A DNA stretch of 64,000 nt from the NCBI GenBank assembly GCA_944331715.1, contig CALVIP010000001.1:11067-75066 (forward strand). The letters run 5' to 3'. This DNA comes from an uncultured Bacilli bacterium. Its GTDB lineage: Bacteria > Bacillota_I > Bacilli_A > RF39 > UBA660. The translations under genes were made by a program, and so were the position numbers. The stretch's first letter is position 1. Every line of letters starts with the position of its first letter. Of this stretch, positions 1 to 8,979 are shown in pieces. The notes beneath the pieces were generated by a model. The model ran no database searches. It saw only the letters and a program-made list of their open reading frames with translations, and was not told the origin of the DNA.

Positions 1-777
1 ACTATCAATAAATTCATTTATCTTCGCTAAGTCTATTTTCTTAGTAATTTTAATTAAAGAGTTAGTACAATCTTTATATCTACCACTACTTAGAAAATCA
101 AAATAATTTATACGTTTTCCTTCATATGTAATAGCAGATGTTGGAATACTATAGATTCTTTTATTAAGTTCATTTTTGTCAGTAAAAACACTCTTCATAA
201 TATTTTCATCTGCTTGAGGATATAAGCTACTGCCTAAGTCCCAAAGGGGTGCTAATTTAACAGAATCATCTAAAACATTATATAAAAATCCCCAATTACC
301 ATTATGTCTATCCCAATTACCAACAAAAGCATCAGCAACAAATGTATCAAAGAAAAATTCTTTTAATATTTTACAATCAACTACTGTTTGTTTTTCTATT
401 GTCTCCAGAATACTATCTATGTCAGTACCATTTCCTTTTCTAATAGAATCTATTATTTGGTTTTTTAAAGATGCAAAGTCTTGAATAACAAAACCGTCTT
501 TGGCAAAATCTTTGCAAGCTACTACTATTTTTTCTTTTCCATTTACTTTATATGTTCCAAGTAAGGTCTCTTGCACAGGCAAACCTAACATAGATAAAAT
601 ATGACACCCTATATATTCACTAATACACGCATTGGTATAACTCATATTTTTATTAAATTTTGATTCGGTTGTAAATTTTAACATATACCTTTCGCCATTA
701 TATATAACACTTATTTTTTCCCCATTCGCTCCATTATAAGCTTTATTAGTTCTAAAACAATTAGTAAAATCTATCAT
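1..777 (-). CDS. HipA-like (HipA_C / PI3-4-kinase fold) Ser/Thr kinase, toxin type; C-terminus lies beyond the window edge
   Basis: Own translation of the minus strand from ATG 777-775: MIDFTNCFRTNKAYNGANGEKISVIYNGERYMLKF...DTFVADAFVGNWDRHNGNWGFLYN... It is open through all 259 codons to nt 1, so it is absent from the ORF track (no stop in window). GNWDRHxxNxG resembles the HipA_C catalytic-loop signature. Confidence 0.6.
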   Translation of the reverse strand, partial: MIDFTNCFRTNKAYNGANGEKISVIYNGERYMLKFTTESKFNKNMSYTNACISEYIGCHILSMLGLPVQETLLGTYKVNGKEKIVVACKDFAKDGFVIQDFASLKNQIIDSIRKGNGTDIDSILETIEKQTVVDCKILKEFFFDTFVADAFVGNWDRHNGNWGFLYNVLDDSVKLAPLWDLGSSLYPQADENIMKSVFTDKNELNKRIYSIPTSAITYEGKRINYFDFLSSGRYKDCTNSLIKITKKIDLAKINEFIDS

Positions 778-790
778 TTTTAAGTCCCCC

Positions 791-1030
791 TTATAACCCT
801 AAATATTTACTTCTTAAATAAGTAGCTTGTTCACTAGTTATCATATCTTCTACTTCAGCTGCATTTATATCACTTTGTAACTCACAAAAGTTAGAATCAA
901 AGTCATTAGGCATATTGCCTTTTTCTATCTCTTTTAAAGTATCTTTCATCTTTTCTAAAGAATATCTTAGTGGTACTGGTAAATCTAATTCTAAGTAAGT
1001 TTTATCTATTGGTTTACCTGTTTCTTTCAT
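791..1030 (-). CDS. small hypothetical protein (79 aa) immediately upstream of the HipA-like kinase
   Basis: ORF track 791..1063. SD-like AAGGTG lies 6 nt before the internal ATG at 1030 (MKETGKPIDK...). Short gap to the kinase ATG. No HTH motif recognisable. Confidence 0.5.
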   Translation of the reverse strand: MKETGKPIDKTYLELDLPVPLRYSLEKMKDTLKEIEKGNMPNDFDSNFCELQSDINAAEVEDMITSEQATYLRSKYLGL

Positions 1031-1083
1031 TTTAACACCTTCTTTATAAATAAAGTATAACAAAAATAGATGGAAAAATCCAT

Positions 1084-2895
1084 CTATTCTGCAACACTTT
1101 CAAATTGTGAATTGTATAGTTCTGCATAGAAACCATTTTTCTTAAGTAATTCATCATGTGTTCCTTGTTCTACTATATCTCCATCTTTCATTACTAATAT
1201 CAAATTAGCATTTTTAATAGTAGAAAGTCTATGAGCGATAACAAAACTTGTTCTTCCTTCCATTAAATTATCCATAGCTTCCTGTATCAATTGTTCCATT
1301 CTCGTATCTACACTACTAGTCGCTTCATCCAAAATCAAGATTTTTGGATCTTTAAGAATAACTCTTGCGATTGTTAATAATTGTTTTTGACCTGCTGAGA
1401 CGTTATCACTTTCTTCATTTAGAACCATATCATATCCTTCTGGCATTGTTCTAATAAAGTGATCAACGTGAGATGCTATCGCTGCATCATATACCGCTTC
1501 GTCATTAGCATTTAAGTTACCATAACGAATATTTTCTTTAATGGTATCACTATATAGCCATGTATCTTGTAAAACCATACCAAAGAGACTTCTTAAGTCA
1601 TCACGTTTCATATCTTTTATATCAACTCCATCTATTTTAATAGAACCAGAGTTAACATCATAGAATCTCATTAATAGTTTTACAATAGTTGTCTTACCTG
1701 CTCCAGTTGGTCCAACAATGGCAATCTTTTGTCCTTTATGCATTTTTGCACTAAAGTCATTGATAATAATTTTATTCTTATTATAACCAAACTTAACATC
1801 TTCAAAAGTAACTGTGTTACCCATCTTGTCTAAGTCGTATGTTACTTTCTTAACTTCAGGAACTTCTTCTTTTTCTTCTAAGAATTCAAAGACACGTTCT
1901 GCAGATGCTACCATTGATTGAATCATATTACCAATTTGAGCGATTTGGGCAAGTGGATTCATAAAGTTTCTGATATATTGTGTAAATGATAAAATGTCAC
2001 CTACTTCTATTTTGTTTTGAATAACTAAATATCCTCCTAAAATAGATATTAATACATAACCTATATTACCAATAAAGTTCATAATTGGATGCATCATTCC
2101 TGAGAAGAATTGTGCTCTCCATGCTGAATTATATAACTTTTCATTAGTTTTATTAAAGTCTTCTATAGTCTTATCTTCTCCATTAAATAGTTTAATAACA
2201 GTATGACCAGAATAAGCTTCTTCTATTGTACCATTTATATCACCTAAATACTTTTGTTGATTTAAAAAGTATTTTTGAGAGTGTTTCATAATAAAACTCA
2301 TCATGAATAAAGCGATAGGTACTATTACTAGTGTTACTAAAGTCATTAGAGGACTTATTGTTAACATCATAACTACTACACCAATTAAAGTGGTAATAGA
2401 AGTTAATAAATGTGATATTGATTGATCAAGACTTTGAGATAAGGTATCAACATCATTAGTAACTCTTGATAATATTTCTCCTGTTGTTTTTGTTTCAAAA
2501 TAAGAAAGTGGTAATTTATGCATTTTATGAGATATTTGTTCTCTTAAATTAAAGGTAACTTTTTGGTTTACACCACTCATAATAAAAGCTTGTAGGTAAG
2601 AGAAAATTGCACTGACTATATATAGAGATAATAAAGTTAAAAGAATAGTTCCTACTTTAGAAAAATCAATTCCATTAGTAGTTCCCATTACTTTACCTAA
2701 TAGTCCATTAAATATTTCAGTAGTGGCTTGTCCTGATATTTTAGGGCCAATTATTGAGAAAACAGCACTACTAATAGCAAAGATAGTAACAAAGATTAAG
2801 CTTATTTTATAAGTACTTAGATACTTAAATAATTTCTTTAAAGTTCCTTTAAAGTCTTTAGCTTTCTCTACTGCTCCCATTCCTCCTCTAGGCAT
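1084..2895 (-). CDS. ABC exporter, fused permease/ATP-binding subunit (heterodimer partner 2)
   Basis: 603 aa. TM-rich N-terminal half, then an NBD with Walker A GPTGAGKTT, signature SAGQKQ and Walker B ILILDEATS. 8-nt overlap with the upstream partner gene. Confidence 0.9.
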   Translation of the reverse strand: MPRGGMGAVEKAKDFKGTLKKLFKYLSTYKISLIFVTIFAISSAVFSIIGPKISGQATTEIFNGLLGKVMGTTNGIDFSKVGTILLTLLSLYIVSAIFSYLQAFIMSGVNQKVTFNLREQISHKMHKLPLSYFETKTTGEILSRVTNDVDTLSQSLDQSISHLLTSITTLIGVVVMMLTISPLMTLVTLVIVPIALFMMSFIMKHSQKYFLNQQKYLGDINGTIEEAYSGHTVIKLFNGEDKTIEDFNKTNEKLYNSAWRAQFFSGMMHPIMNFIGNIGYVLISILGGYLVIQNKIEVGDILSFTQYIRNFMNPLAQIAQIGNMIQSMVASAERVFEFLEEKEEVPEVKKVTYDLDKMGNTVTFEDVKFGYNKNKIIINDFSAKMHKGQKIAIVGPTGAGKTTIVKLLMRFYDVNSGSIKIDGVDIKDMKRDDLRSLFGMVLQDTWLYSDTIKENIRYGNLNANDEAVYDAAIASHVDHFIRTMPEGYDMVLNEESDNVSAGQKQLLTIARVILKDPKILILDEATSSVDTRMEQLIQEAMDNLMEGRTSFVIAHRLSTIKNANLILVMKDGDIVEQGTHDELLKKNGFYAELYNSQFESVAE

Positions 2896-5095
2896 TTTCT
2901 AACTCCTCCTTTGAAAGTTGACTCTCAGCAATCTCACGATAAACTGCACAACTCTTTATTAAGTCGTGATGAGTTCCAATACCAACTACTTTACCTTCAT
3001 CAAGTACAACAATTTGATCTGCTTTTAGTATAGTATTAATACGTTGAGCGACGATAAAGATAGTTGAGTTTTTAGCATATTCATGTAAAGCTTTTCTAAG
3101 TTCAAAATCAGTTTTAAAGTCAAGGGCAGAAAAACTATCATCAAATATATAAATTTCTGGATTTTTAGCGATTGCACGAGCGATTGATAATCTTTGCTTT
3201 TGTCCTCCAGATACATTAGTACCTCCTTGACTAATAGGACTCTTATATCCATCTTTTTTAGATAAGATAAACTCTTCTGCTTGAGCAATACGTGCTGCTT
3301 CTATCATCTTATCATCAGACATATCTTCATCACTATATTTAATATTAGATTCTATTGTTCCTCTAAATAATATTCCTTTTTGTGGAACATAACCTATTCT
3401 ATCATGTAAATCCTTCTGTAAAACATCTTTAACATTAATACCATCAACTAATATTTCTCCTTTAGTAACATCATAAAGTCTTGGTATTAAGTTAATAAGA
3501 GTACTTTTACCACTACCAGTAGAACCAATAAAGGCTGTTGTTGTTCCAGGTTTAGCAGTAAATGTTACATCTGTAATAACATCTTCATCACTATCAGGAT
3601 ATCTAAAACTAACATTTTTAAACTCTACTAAACCTTTAATTCTCTTACTGTATGTTTTAGGTTTTTTAGGATCTTTAATAGATTCATCTGTTTCTAATAC
3701 TTCCATAATACGGTTCGCAGAAACATTAGCGCGTGGTAACATAATAGAAAACATTGAAATCATTAAGAATGACATAATTATTTGCATTGAGTATTGAATA
3801 AAGGCTAACATATCTCCAACTTGTAATAAACCTTCATCGATTTTATGAGCACCTATCCAAATAATTAGAACTACAATACCATTCATAATAAACATCATAC
3901 CTGGTAACATAAAGTTCATTACTCTATTAACAAAAAGGTTTGTTTTCTTTAAGTTAGTATTAGCTTTACTAAATCTTTCTTCTTCATATTTTTGATTAGA
4001 GAAAGCTCTAATTACGGGAATACCTGTAATAATTTCTCTTGTTACTTGGTTTAATTTATCTATTAATTTTTGTACTCTCTTAAATTTAGGCATAGTAAGG
4101 GCAAATAAAGTAAATATTAATGTTAATACACAAACTATTCCTAACCAAATAATATAAGTCATTGATGAGGCTGTTTCAAATACTTTACCTACTGCACCGA
4201 TTGCAATTATTGGAGCATATATAAATAATCTTAACGTCATAATAATCATCATTTGTACTTGTTGAATATCATTAGTACTTCTAGTAATTAATGATGATAT
4301 ACCTAATTCTTTATACTCTGCTGTACCAAAGTTTAAGACTTTCTTAAATTCTTTCTTTCTAACACGTTTAGATAGACCAGAACCAACTCTGGCACCTAAT
4401 AGTACTGTTAGTATTGTTGAAGTTACACTTATTAGAGATAGTCCTAACATCTTAAGACCTGTAATTATAATGTAATTAGTTTGGATAGCATCAGTATCAA
4501 GACCTACTTCAATATATTCTAATTTTATCGCTGCCACAGCACTTTGACTTATAATGCTATCTGGCATTGCAGAAAACTGATCATTAATAGATTTTCTCAT
4601 ATCATTAAGTTCATTACTAGGTAACATTTTAATGATATCTATTATAGCCATATCTTGCATAGACTCTGGCATTTCCTTTTTAATTTCATTTTGAATGTTA
4701 AGTGCTTCCTTCTCTTTACTAGTTAACATATAATCTACAAGGATAGCTTTCTCTAAGTCACTATTAGAAATACTTTCATCTTTAATGACATAAACTGGCT
4801 CTTCACTTAAGATATCATAGTCATGTTCATCACTTTTTTCAGTAACTAACTCATAATTAGATAAAATCTCTTCTTTTTCTTTATCACTTACAAAAAGTAA
4901 AATCTCATCTAATTTAGATTTTCTAACTACTTTAGGATTAACTTCTTCTATACCACCTTGTTGTACTCCTACATTAATAATATTAGAAGTATACTGAGGT
5001 ATAGTTAAATCACAGTTCGCTTGAACTATTAGTAGTAAAATAATTAGAATAACTGATAAAATATTATCTTTTAAATATCTAAATGTTTTTAACAT
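2888..5095 (-). CDS. ABC exporter, fused permease/ATP-binding subunit (partner 1) with a large extracytoplasmic insert
   Basis: 735 aa. NBD motifs GSTGSGKST, SGGQKQR, IYIFDDSFSALD. About 170 hydrophilic residues sit between TM1 and TM2. Start overlaps the TetR gene stop. Confidence 0.9.
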   Translation of the reverse strand: MLKTFRYLKDNILSVILIILLLIVQANCDLTIPQYTSNIINVGVQQGGIEEVNPKVVRKSKLDEILLFVSDKEKEEILSNYELVTEKSDEHDYDILSEEPVYVIKDESISNSDLEKAILVDYMLTSKEKEALNIQNEIKKEMPESMQDMAIIDIIKMLPSNELNDMRKSINDQFSAMPDSIISQSAVAAIKLEYIEVGLDTDAIQTNYIIITGLKMLGLSLISVTSTILTVLLGARVGSGLSKRVRKKEFKKVLNFGTAEYKELGISSLITRSTNDIQQVQMMIIMTLRLFIYAPIIAIGAVGKVFETASSMTYIIWLGIVCVLTLIFTLFALTMPKFKRVQKLIDKLNQVTREIITGIPVIRAFSNQKYEEERFSKANTNLKKTNLFVNRVMNFMLPGMMFIMNGIVVLIIWIGAHKIDEGLLQVGDMLAFIQYSMQIIMSFLMISMFSIMLPRANVSANRIMEVLETDESIKDPKKPKTYSKRIKGLVEFKNVSFRYPDSDEDVITDVTFTAKPGTTTAFIGSTGSGKSTLINLIPRLYDVTKGEILVDGINVKDVLQKDLHDRIGYVPQKGILFRGTIESNIKYSDEDMSDDKMIEAARIAQAEEFILSKKDGYKSPISQGGTNVSGGQKQRLSIARAIAKNPEIYIFDDSFSALDFKTDFELRKALHEYAKNSTIFIVAQRINTILKADQIVVLDEGKVVGIGTHHDLIKSCAVYREIAESQLSKEELENA

Positions 5096-5703
5096 AAATC
5101 CTCCTTCTTAACACACCCATATTTTAAAATATCTAGTTGTTCATAATAGTCTTTAAGTATCTCTTCATCAAGACTATCACTTTTTAACAACTTAATTAAT
5201 GTTACCATCAATAGGTGCATATTAATGGCAAAAATTACTTCAATATGCTTCTTAGCATTATCATTAAGTAATTCTAAATTGATGTTAGGAATAAGTTCTC
5301 TTAGTAGTCTCTTATCACGAAAACCAAAGGTTTTCTTAGACTCTTCCATAATAGTGACATTTTCTAAAGATTTTTTTAAGAAGTTAATATTATTATTTTT
5401 AAAGGAATTAAATTCTTCTTTAATGTTATTTTGAAACATTTTAAAAAGATCTCCTTTATTCTTTATTAAATCATTTTTCATATTATTAATAAGTATTTCT
5501 AAATGTTGTTCTAAGAGATAAAAATATAAGTCTTTTTTATCTACAAAATACATATAGAAACTTCCTCTTGAGATACCAGCTTCTTTAATAATTCTATTAA
5601 TAGAGACATCATTAAAGTTATACAAAGAAAACTCTTTAAAGCTAGCATCTATTAGTTTTTTCTTCTTTTCATCATTTAATCTCAAGAATGTATCACTAGG
5701 CAT
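5089..5703 (-). CDS. TetR/AcrR family transcriptional regulator
   Basis: 204 aa. N-terminal TetR-type HTH (FNDVSINRIIKEAGISRGSFYMYF). SD GGAGGGAG upstream. First gene of the exporter operon. Confidence 0.85.
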   Translation of the reverse strand: MPSDTFLRLNDEKKKKLIDASFKEFSLYNFNDVSINRIIKEAGISRGSFYMYFVDKKDLYFYLLEQHLEILINNMKNDLIKNKGDLFKMFQNNIKEEFNSFKNNNINFLKKSLENVTIMEESKKTFGFRDKRLLRELIPNINLELLNDNAKKHIEVIFAINMHLLMVTLIKLLKSDSLDEEILKDYYEQLDILKYGCVKKEDLC

Positions 5704-5731
5704 TATACTCCCTCCTAACAGTCACTATACC

Positions 5732-5760
5732 ATTATATGTGACAAGTTGTCATAAGTCAA
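5732..5760 (-). promoter_or_regulatory. sigma-A-type promoter with a TetR-operator-like palindrome in the spacer
   Basis: Minus strand: TTGACT (5760-5755), 17 nt, TATAAT (5737-5732). The perfect palindrome TGACAAgTTGTCA (5740-5752) fills the spacer. A second inverted repeat GTCAC...GTGAC lies at 5721-5743. Confidence 0.55.
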
Positions 5761-5786
5761 CAAAAAAAATAAAAAAGTAAGTAAAT

Positions 5787-6227
5787 TTACCTACTTATGT
5801 GATTTATTTTCTTAAATACTTTTTCACTTTCACCTATACCCTTAACTGTTCTTGCATTCATTTCCATTAATATATTTAATGGTATATCTTTTTCTTTTTC
5901 TAAATATTGTTCTAAGTATTGTAATATTCCAAACTGACCTATAATAATTGCAAGATTCTTATCTGTAATATTATTAAGAGTAAAAGATGCTTCTTTAGAA
6001 ATTATTCTATAACTTCGTTGTAATGTATGATAACAATTATGTCCAACTTTTAAATTAGAAACTTTAGATATGCTTTCTTGCTCTTTTATCTTAGATAACA
6101 TACCTACTAATAATAATACATTATGAGCTTCTTCATAAGGAATAGGTTCTTTATTATTAAAATACTCATCTATTTTAGCGATATGTTTTAATAAAACTTC
6201 TTTGCTATCAACTTTTTCTTTTTGCAT
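5787..6227 (-). CDS. hypothetical protein (146 aa)
   Basis: ORF track only. Follows ORF 6242..6646 after a 14-nt gap. No motif recognised. Confidence 0.5.
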   Translation of the reverse strand: MQKEKVDSKEVLLKHIAKIDEYFNNKEPIPYEEAHNVLLLVGMLSKIKEQESISKVSNLKVGHNCYHTLQRSYRIISKEASFTLNNITDKNLAIIIGQFGILQYLEQYLEKEKDIPLNILMEMNARTVKGIGESEKVFKKINHISR

Positions 6228-6241
6228 AACTTCATCCCCTT

Positions 6242-6646
6242 TTATTTATGACTTGTTATTACCTTTTGAAATTCTTTATGTCTTGATTTTATATTATTCT
6301 TAAGTTGGTAATGTTTACTAAAATTAAGTCCTCTATCAATTTCTACAATATCTTTATACTGTTCTATTACTAGACTTAAAGAATCTAGTGTTAAATCATC
6401 TATAGCAGGTTCTATTTCACTTAATACTAAATCATAATGTCTGTAAAATTCATCTGGTAATGGTTTTTCATTATCACGTAAGAGAATAACAATATCTCTT
6501 ATTAATTCAAGTGTCTTAACATAATAAATATTAGGTAAATCTATTTCTGTTTGTAACTTAAATTTATTTTCTAATAATTGTGTATCTAAAGCTTTTTCTT
6601 TATCAATTAATTCTAGATCAACAATTTTATCTCTTTTTTTAGACAT
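6242..6646 (-). CDS. hypothetical protein (134 aa)
   Basis: ORF track. SD AAGGGGTG upstream of the ATG. Preceded by a structured leader-like region. Confidence 0.5.
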   Translation of the reverse strand: MSKKRDKIVDLELIDKEKALDTQLLENKFKLQTEIDLPNIYYVKTLELIRDIVILLRDNEKPLPDEFYRHYDLVLSEIEPAIDDLTLDSLSLVIEQYKDIVEIDRGLNFSKHYQLKNNIKSRHKEFQKVITSHK

Positions 6647-6689
6647 TTATATCACCCCTTAAAAGTTCTTATATTATACACTATTTCTT

Positions 6690-6905
6690 AAAAAAATGCA
6701 ATAAAAAAGTCCAAAGAAACGTTTTGGATCTACGATAAAACCTATACTTATGTACAGGTGGGTGTATATAGTCAGTCCTTAGGATCCCTAACCAGTGGAA
6801 AGGTCTTCAACACGAACGTGACAATCATCAATACTCCCTTATCGTCTCTTTAGTCGGTTTTATACTAAGTCATCCGCATCATTTTCTTTAGACAATTATA
6901 GTATA
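6690..6905 (-). ncRNA. candidate structured 5' leader or small RNA (class unknown)
   Basis: About 200 nt between the murC stop and ORF 6646, visibly G+C-richer than its flanks. On the minus strand it ends in hairpin UCCAAA-7nt-UUUGGA (6728-6710) plus a U-rich run (6708-6690), about 45 nt before the next SD. Internal complementary segments include ACGAUAA/UUAUCGU and CACG-UU-CGUG. Confidence 0.35.
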
Positions 6906-6921
6906 TCACAGTTAGTTTAAA

Positions 6922-8232
6922 TTATTCAATATTTTCTAATGCTTTTGTGAAATTTTCAATCAAATGAGATACAGTAGCACATCCCATGAAAGCAACTACT
7001 CCATCTTTATCTTTTACTACTTTATTAACAGTATCATCATCTACTAACTCGCTACCTGGTATTAGTTCTATTATATCTTCTGATTTAATTGGTGGATAGT
7101 CTTTTGGATTTTCTCTATCACATTTAATTGGGGTTAAGTATACTTTGTCAGCGACTTTTAGAGCATCAGCGAATTCATTTTTGAAACGTGATGTCCTTGA
7201 ATAAGTATTAGGACGAAATACTACTGTTAATTTTTTATCAGGATATTTCTGTCTAATCGCTTCAAGAGTTACTTTAACTTCTGTTGGATGATGAGCATAG
7301 TCATCTACTATGATTGTATTACCTACTATAGTTTCTGCAAAACGTCTATTAGCATTTTTAAAACTTGGTAATAACTCTTTAATTTTTTCTTTACTAACTC
7401 CTTCATCTAAAGCACAAATTATCGCACTTACTGTATTCATAACCATATGATGTCCATATAAAGGAACGCTAAAGGTATCTATGAACTCATCCTTTTTATA
7501 TAAATCAAAACTTGAACCAGTAGTCTCTAATTTTATGTTTTTGATAATATAATCATTAGATTTATCTTCACCATAAAAGATTACTTCATTATTAAAGTTA
7601 ATCTTTCTGATATTTTCATCATCACCATTTGCAATAATCCTTCTAGCTTTATTGGCAAACTTTTCAAATGTTTTTATAATATCTTCTAAATCTTTATAGA
7701 TTTCTGTATGCTCAAGTTCAATACAAGTAATAATAACAGTTGTTGGGTGGTAAGCAAGAAAGTGGCGATTAAATTCATCTGATTCTATTACTAATAATTT
7801 TTTTTTCATATCAATATGACCATTGCCATCACCTATAAAGTAATTACAGCAGGTAGTATTTTCAAATAAGTGCTTTAATAAAGATGTAGTTGTTGTTTTA
7901 CCATGGGTACCACTAATTGAAATAGTGTTAAATTCTTTAGTTATTTCACCTACTACTTCATTATATGGTTTAAAAGTAAGGCCTAACTCCTTAATCCTTT
8001 TAATTTCAGGATGTTCATCACTAAAAGCACGAGATGCTGTTACAACAGTATCTTTATCTATAGAATGATTACTATCATAAAAGATTTTTATACCACGTTC
8101 TTCTAATCCTTTTTGAGTAAACTTATAATCTTTCGCATCATCATAACCAGTTACCTCATTGCCCATATCATATAACATCTGAGCAAGGGTACTCATTCCG
8201 CTTCCTTTTATTCCTATACAATAATATTTCAT
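6922..8232 (-). CDS. murC: UDP-N-acetylmuramate--L-alanine ligase
   Basis: ORF 6922..8256. SD AAGGAG precedes the internal ATG 8232 (MKYYCIGIKGSGMS...). Mur ligase motifs GIKGSGMS and GTHGKTTT. Confidence 0.9.
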   Translation of the reverse strand: MKYYCIGIKGSGMSTLAQMLYDMGNEVTGYDDAKDYKFTQKGLEERGIKIFYDSNHSIDKDTVVTASRAFSDEHPEIKRIKELGLTFKPYNEVVGEITKEFNTISISGTHGKTTTTSLLKHLFENTTCCNYFIGDGNGHIDMKKKLLVIESDEFNRHFLAYHPTTVIITCIELEHTEIYKDLEDIIKTFEKFANKARRIIANGDDENIRKINFNNEVIFYGEDKSNDYIIKNIKLETTGSSFDLYKKDEFIDTFSVPLYGHHMVMNTVSAIICALDEGVSKEKIKELLPSFKNANRRFAETIVGNTIIVDDYAHHPTEVKVTLEAIRQKYPDKKLTVVFRPNTYSRTSRFKNEFADALKVADKVYLTPIKCDRENPKDYPPIKSEDIIELIPGSELVDDDTVNKVVKDKDGVVAFMGCATVSHLIENFTKALENIE

Positions 8233-8398
8233 AAGACTCCTTCTTTCTTTAATCATTATACCTTATGTTATATGGATTTTCAAATATACTTGATTTTAGT
8301 TATGGCAATCGCTTAAAAAATAATATGTAAAAATTGGTACAATATATTTTTTAAGTAAATAAAATCATGTATTCTTATAATATAATGATATGTGAGAT

Positions 8399-8979
8399 TT
8401 GAAAAGCTTATTTAATAATTTTGAAGTTTTAGAAGACCCAGAGATATTAGAGGTAAAAAACATGTATTAGTTAATATTATAATAATAACTATACTGATTT
8501 TACTAATCTAGGATATTGTTAAAGATAAAGGCATGCATTTAAGTATTGATGATAAAATGATTAAAAGTACAAGAGATAAAGTTAACGGTGGTAATACTCC
8601 ATATATTGTTTCTGCATTTTTAAGTGATATTGATCTATCTATAGGCCAATTAAAAGTGGATGATAAATCAAATGAAATAGCAACAATACTAGAACTTATA
8701 AAACTAATAGATATAAAAGATAAAGTTATTACTATTGATGCAATAGGTACTAAAAAAGATATTTGTAATCTTGTTACATCTAAAGAGAAAAAAGAACATT
8801 TTGTTTTAAAAGCTAAAGATAATCCAAAAAACTTAAAAGATGACATTAAAACGTATTTTGACTTAGGATTAAAAGATGATTCTTTAGATATTGTAATTGG
8901 AGAAACTAACTGGGAAAAAGACCAAGGAATACTAGAAAAAAGAAAATATTTTAATATAAAAAGACCAAAATCATTATAA
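8399..8979 (+). pseudogene. ISAs1-family transposase remnant (frameshift, in-frame stop, 3' truncation)
   Basis: Own translation: TTG 8399 gives KSLFNNFEVLEDP. A 1-nt frameshift at the CCC run then gives PRDIRGKKHVLVNIIIITILILLI, a TAG, then DIVKDKGMHLSIDDK...YIVSAF...GQLKVDDKSNEIATILELI...ITIDAIGTKKDI...FVLKAKDNPKNL. This matches my memory of ISAs1/H-repeat transposases. It ends prematurely at 8979. Confidence 0.6.

Noticed and set aside
3025-3288. Antisense or shadow ORFs in the track: 3025..3288, 5225..5434, 8508..9026, 10681..10956, 14502..14783, 16680..16871, 25524..25802, 29216..29476, 31695..32039, 31945..32214, 36878..37060, 46008..46301, 49810..50031, 54016..54204, 55110..55298.
   Set aside because: Each lies wholly inside, or opposite to, a longer ORF with clear motifs. 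They have no SD and give low-complexity Ile/Leu/Ser/Phe-rich products typical of AT-rich shadow frames.
6690-6905. T-box riboswitch assignment for the leader (UGAUG...AGAGA-like segments near its 5' end).
   Set aside because: There is no T-box antiterminator core (GGGUGGUACCGCG-like) on the transcribed strand, and the downstream genes are not aminoacyl-tRNA related.
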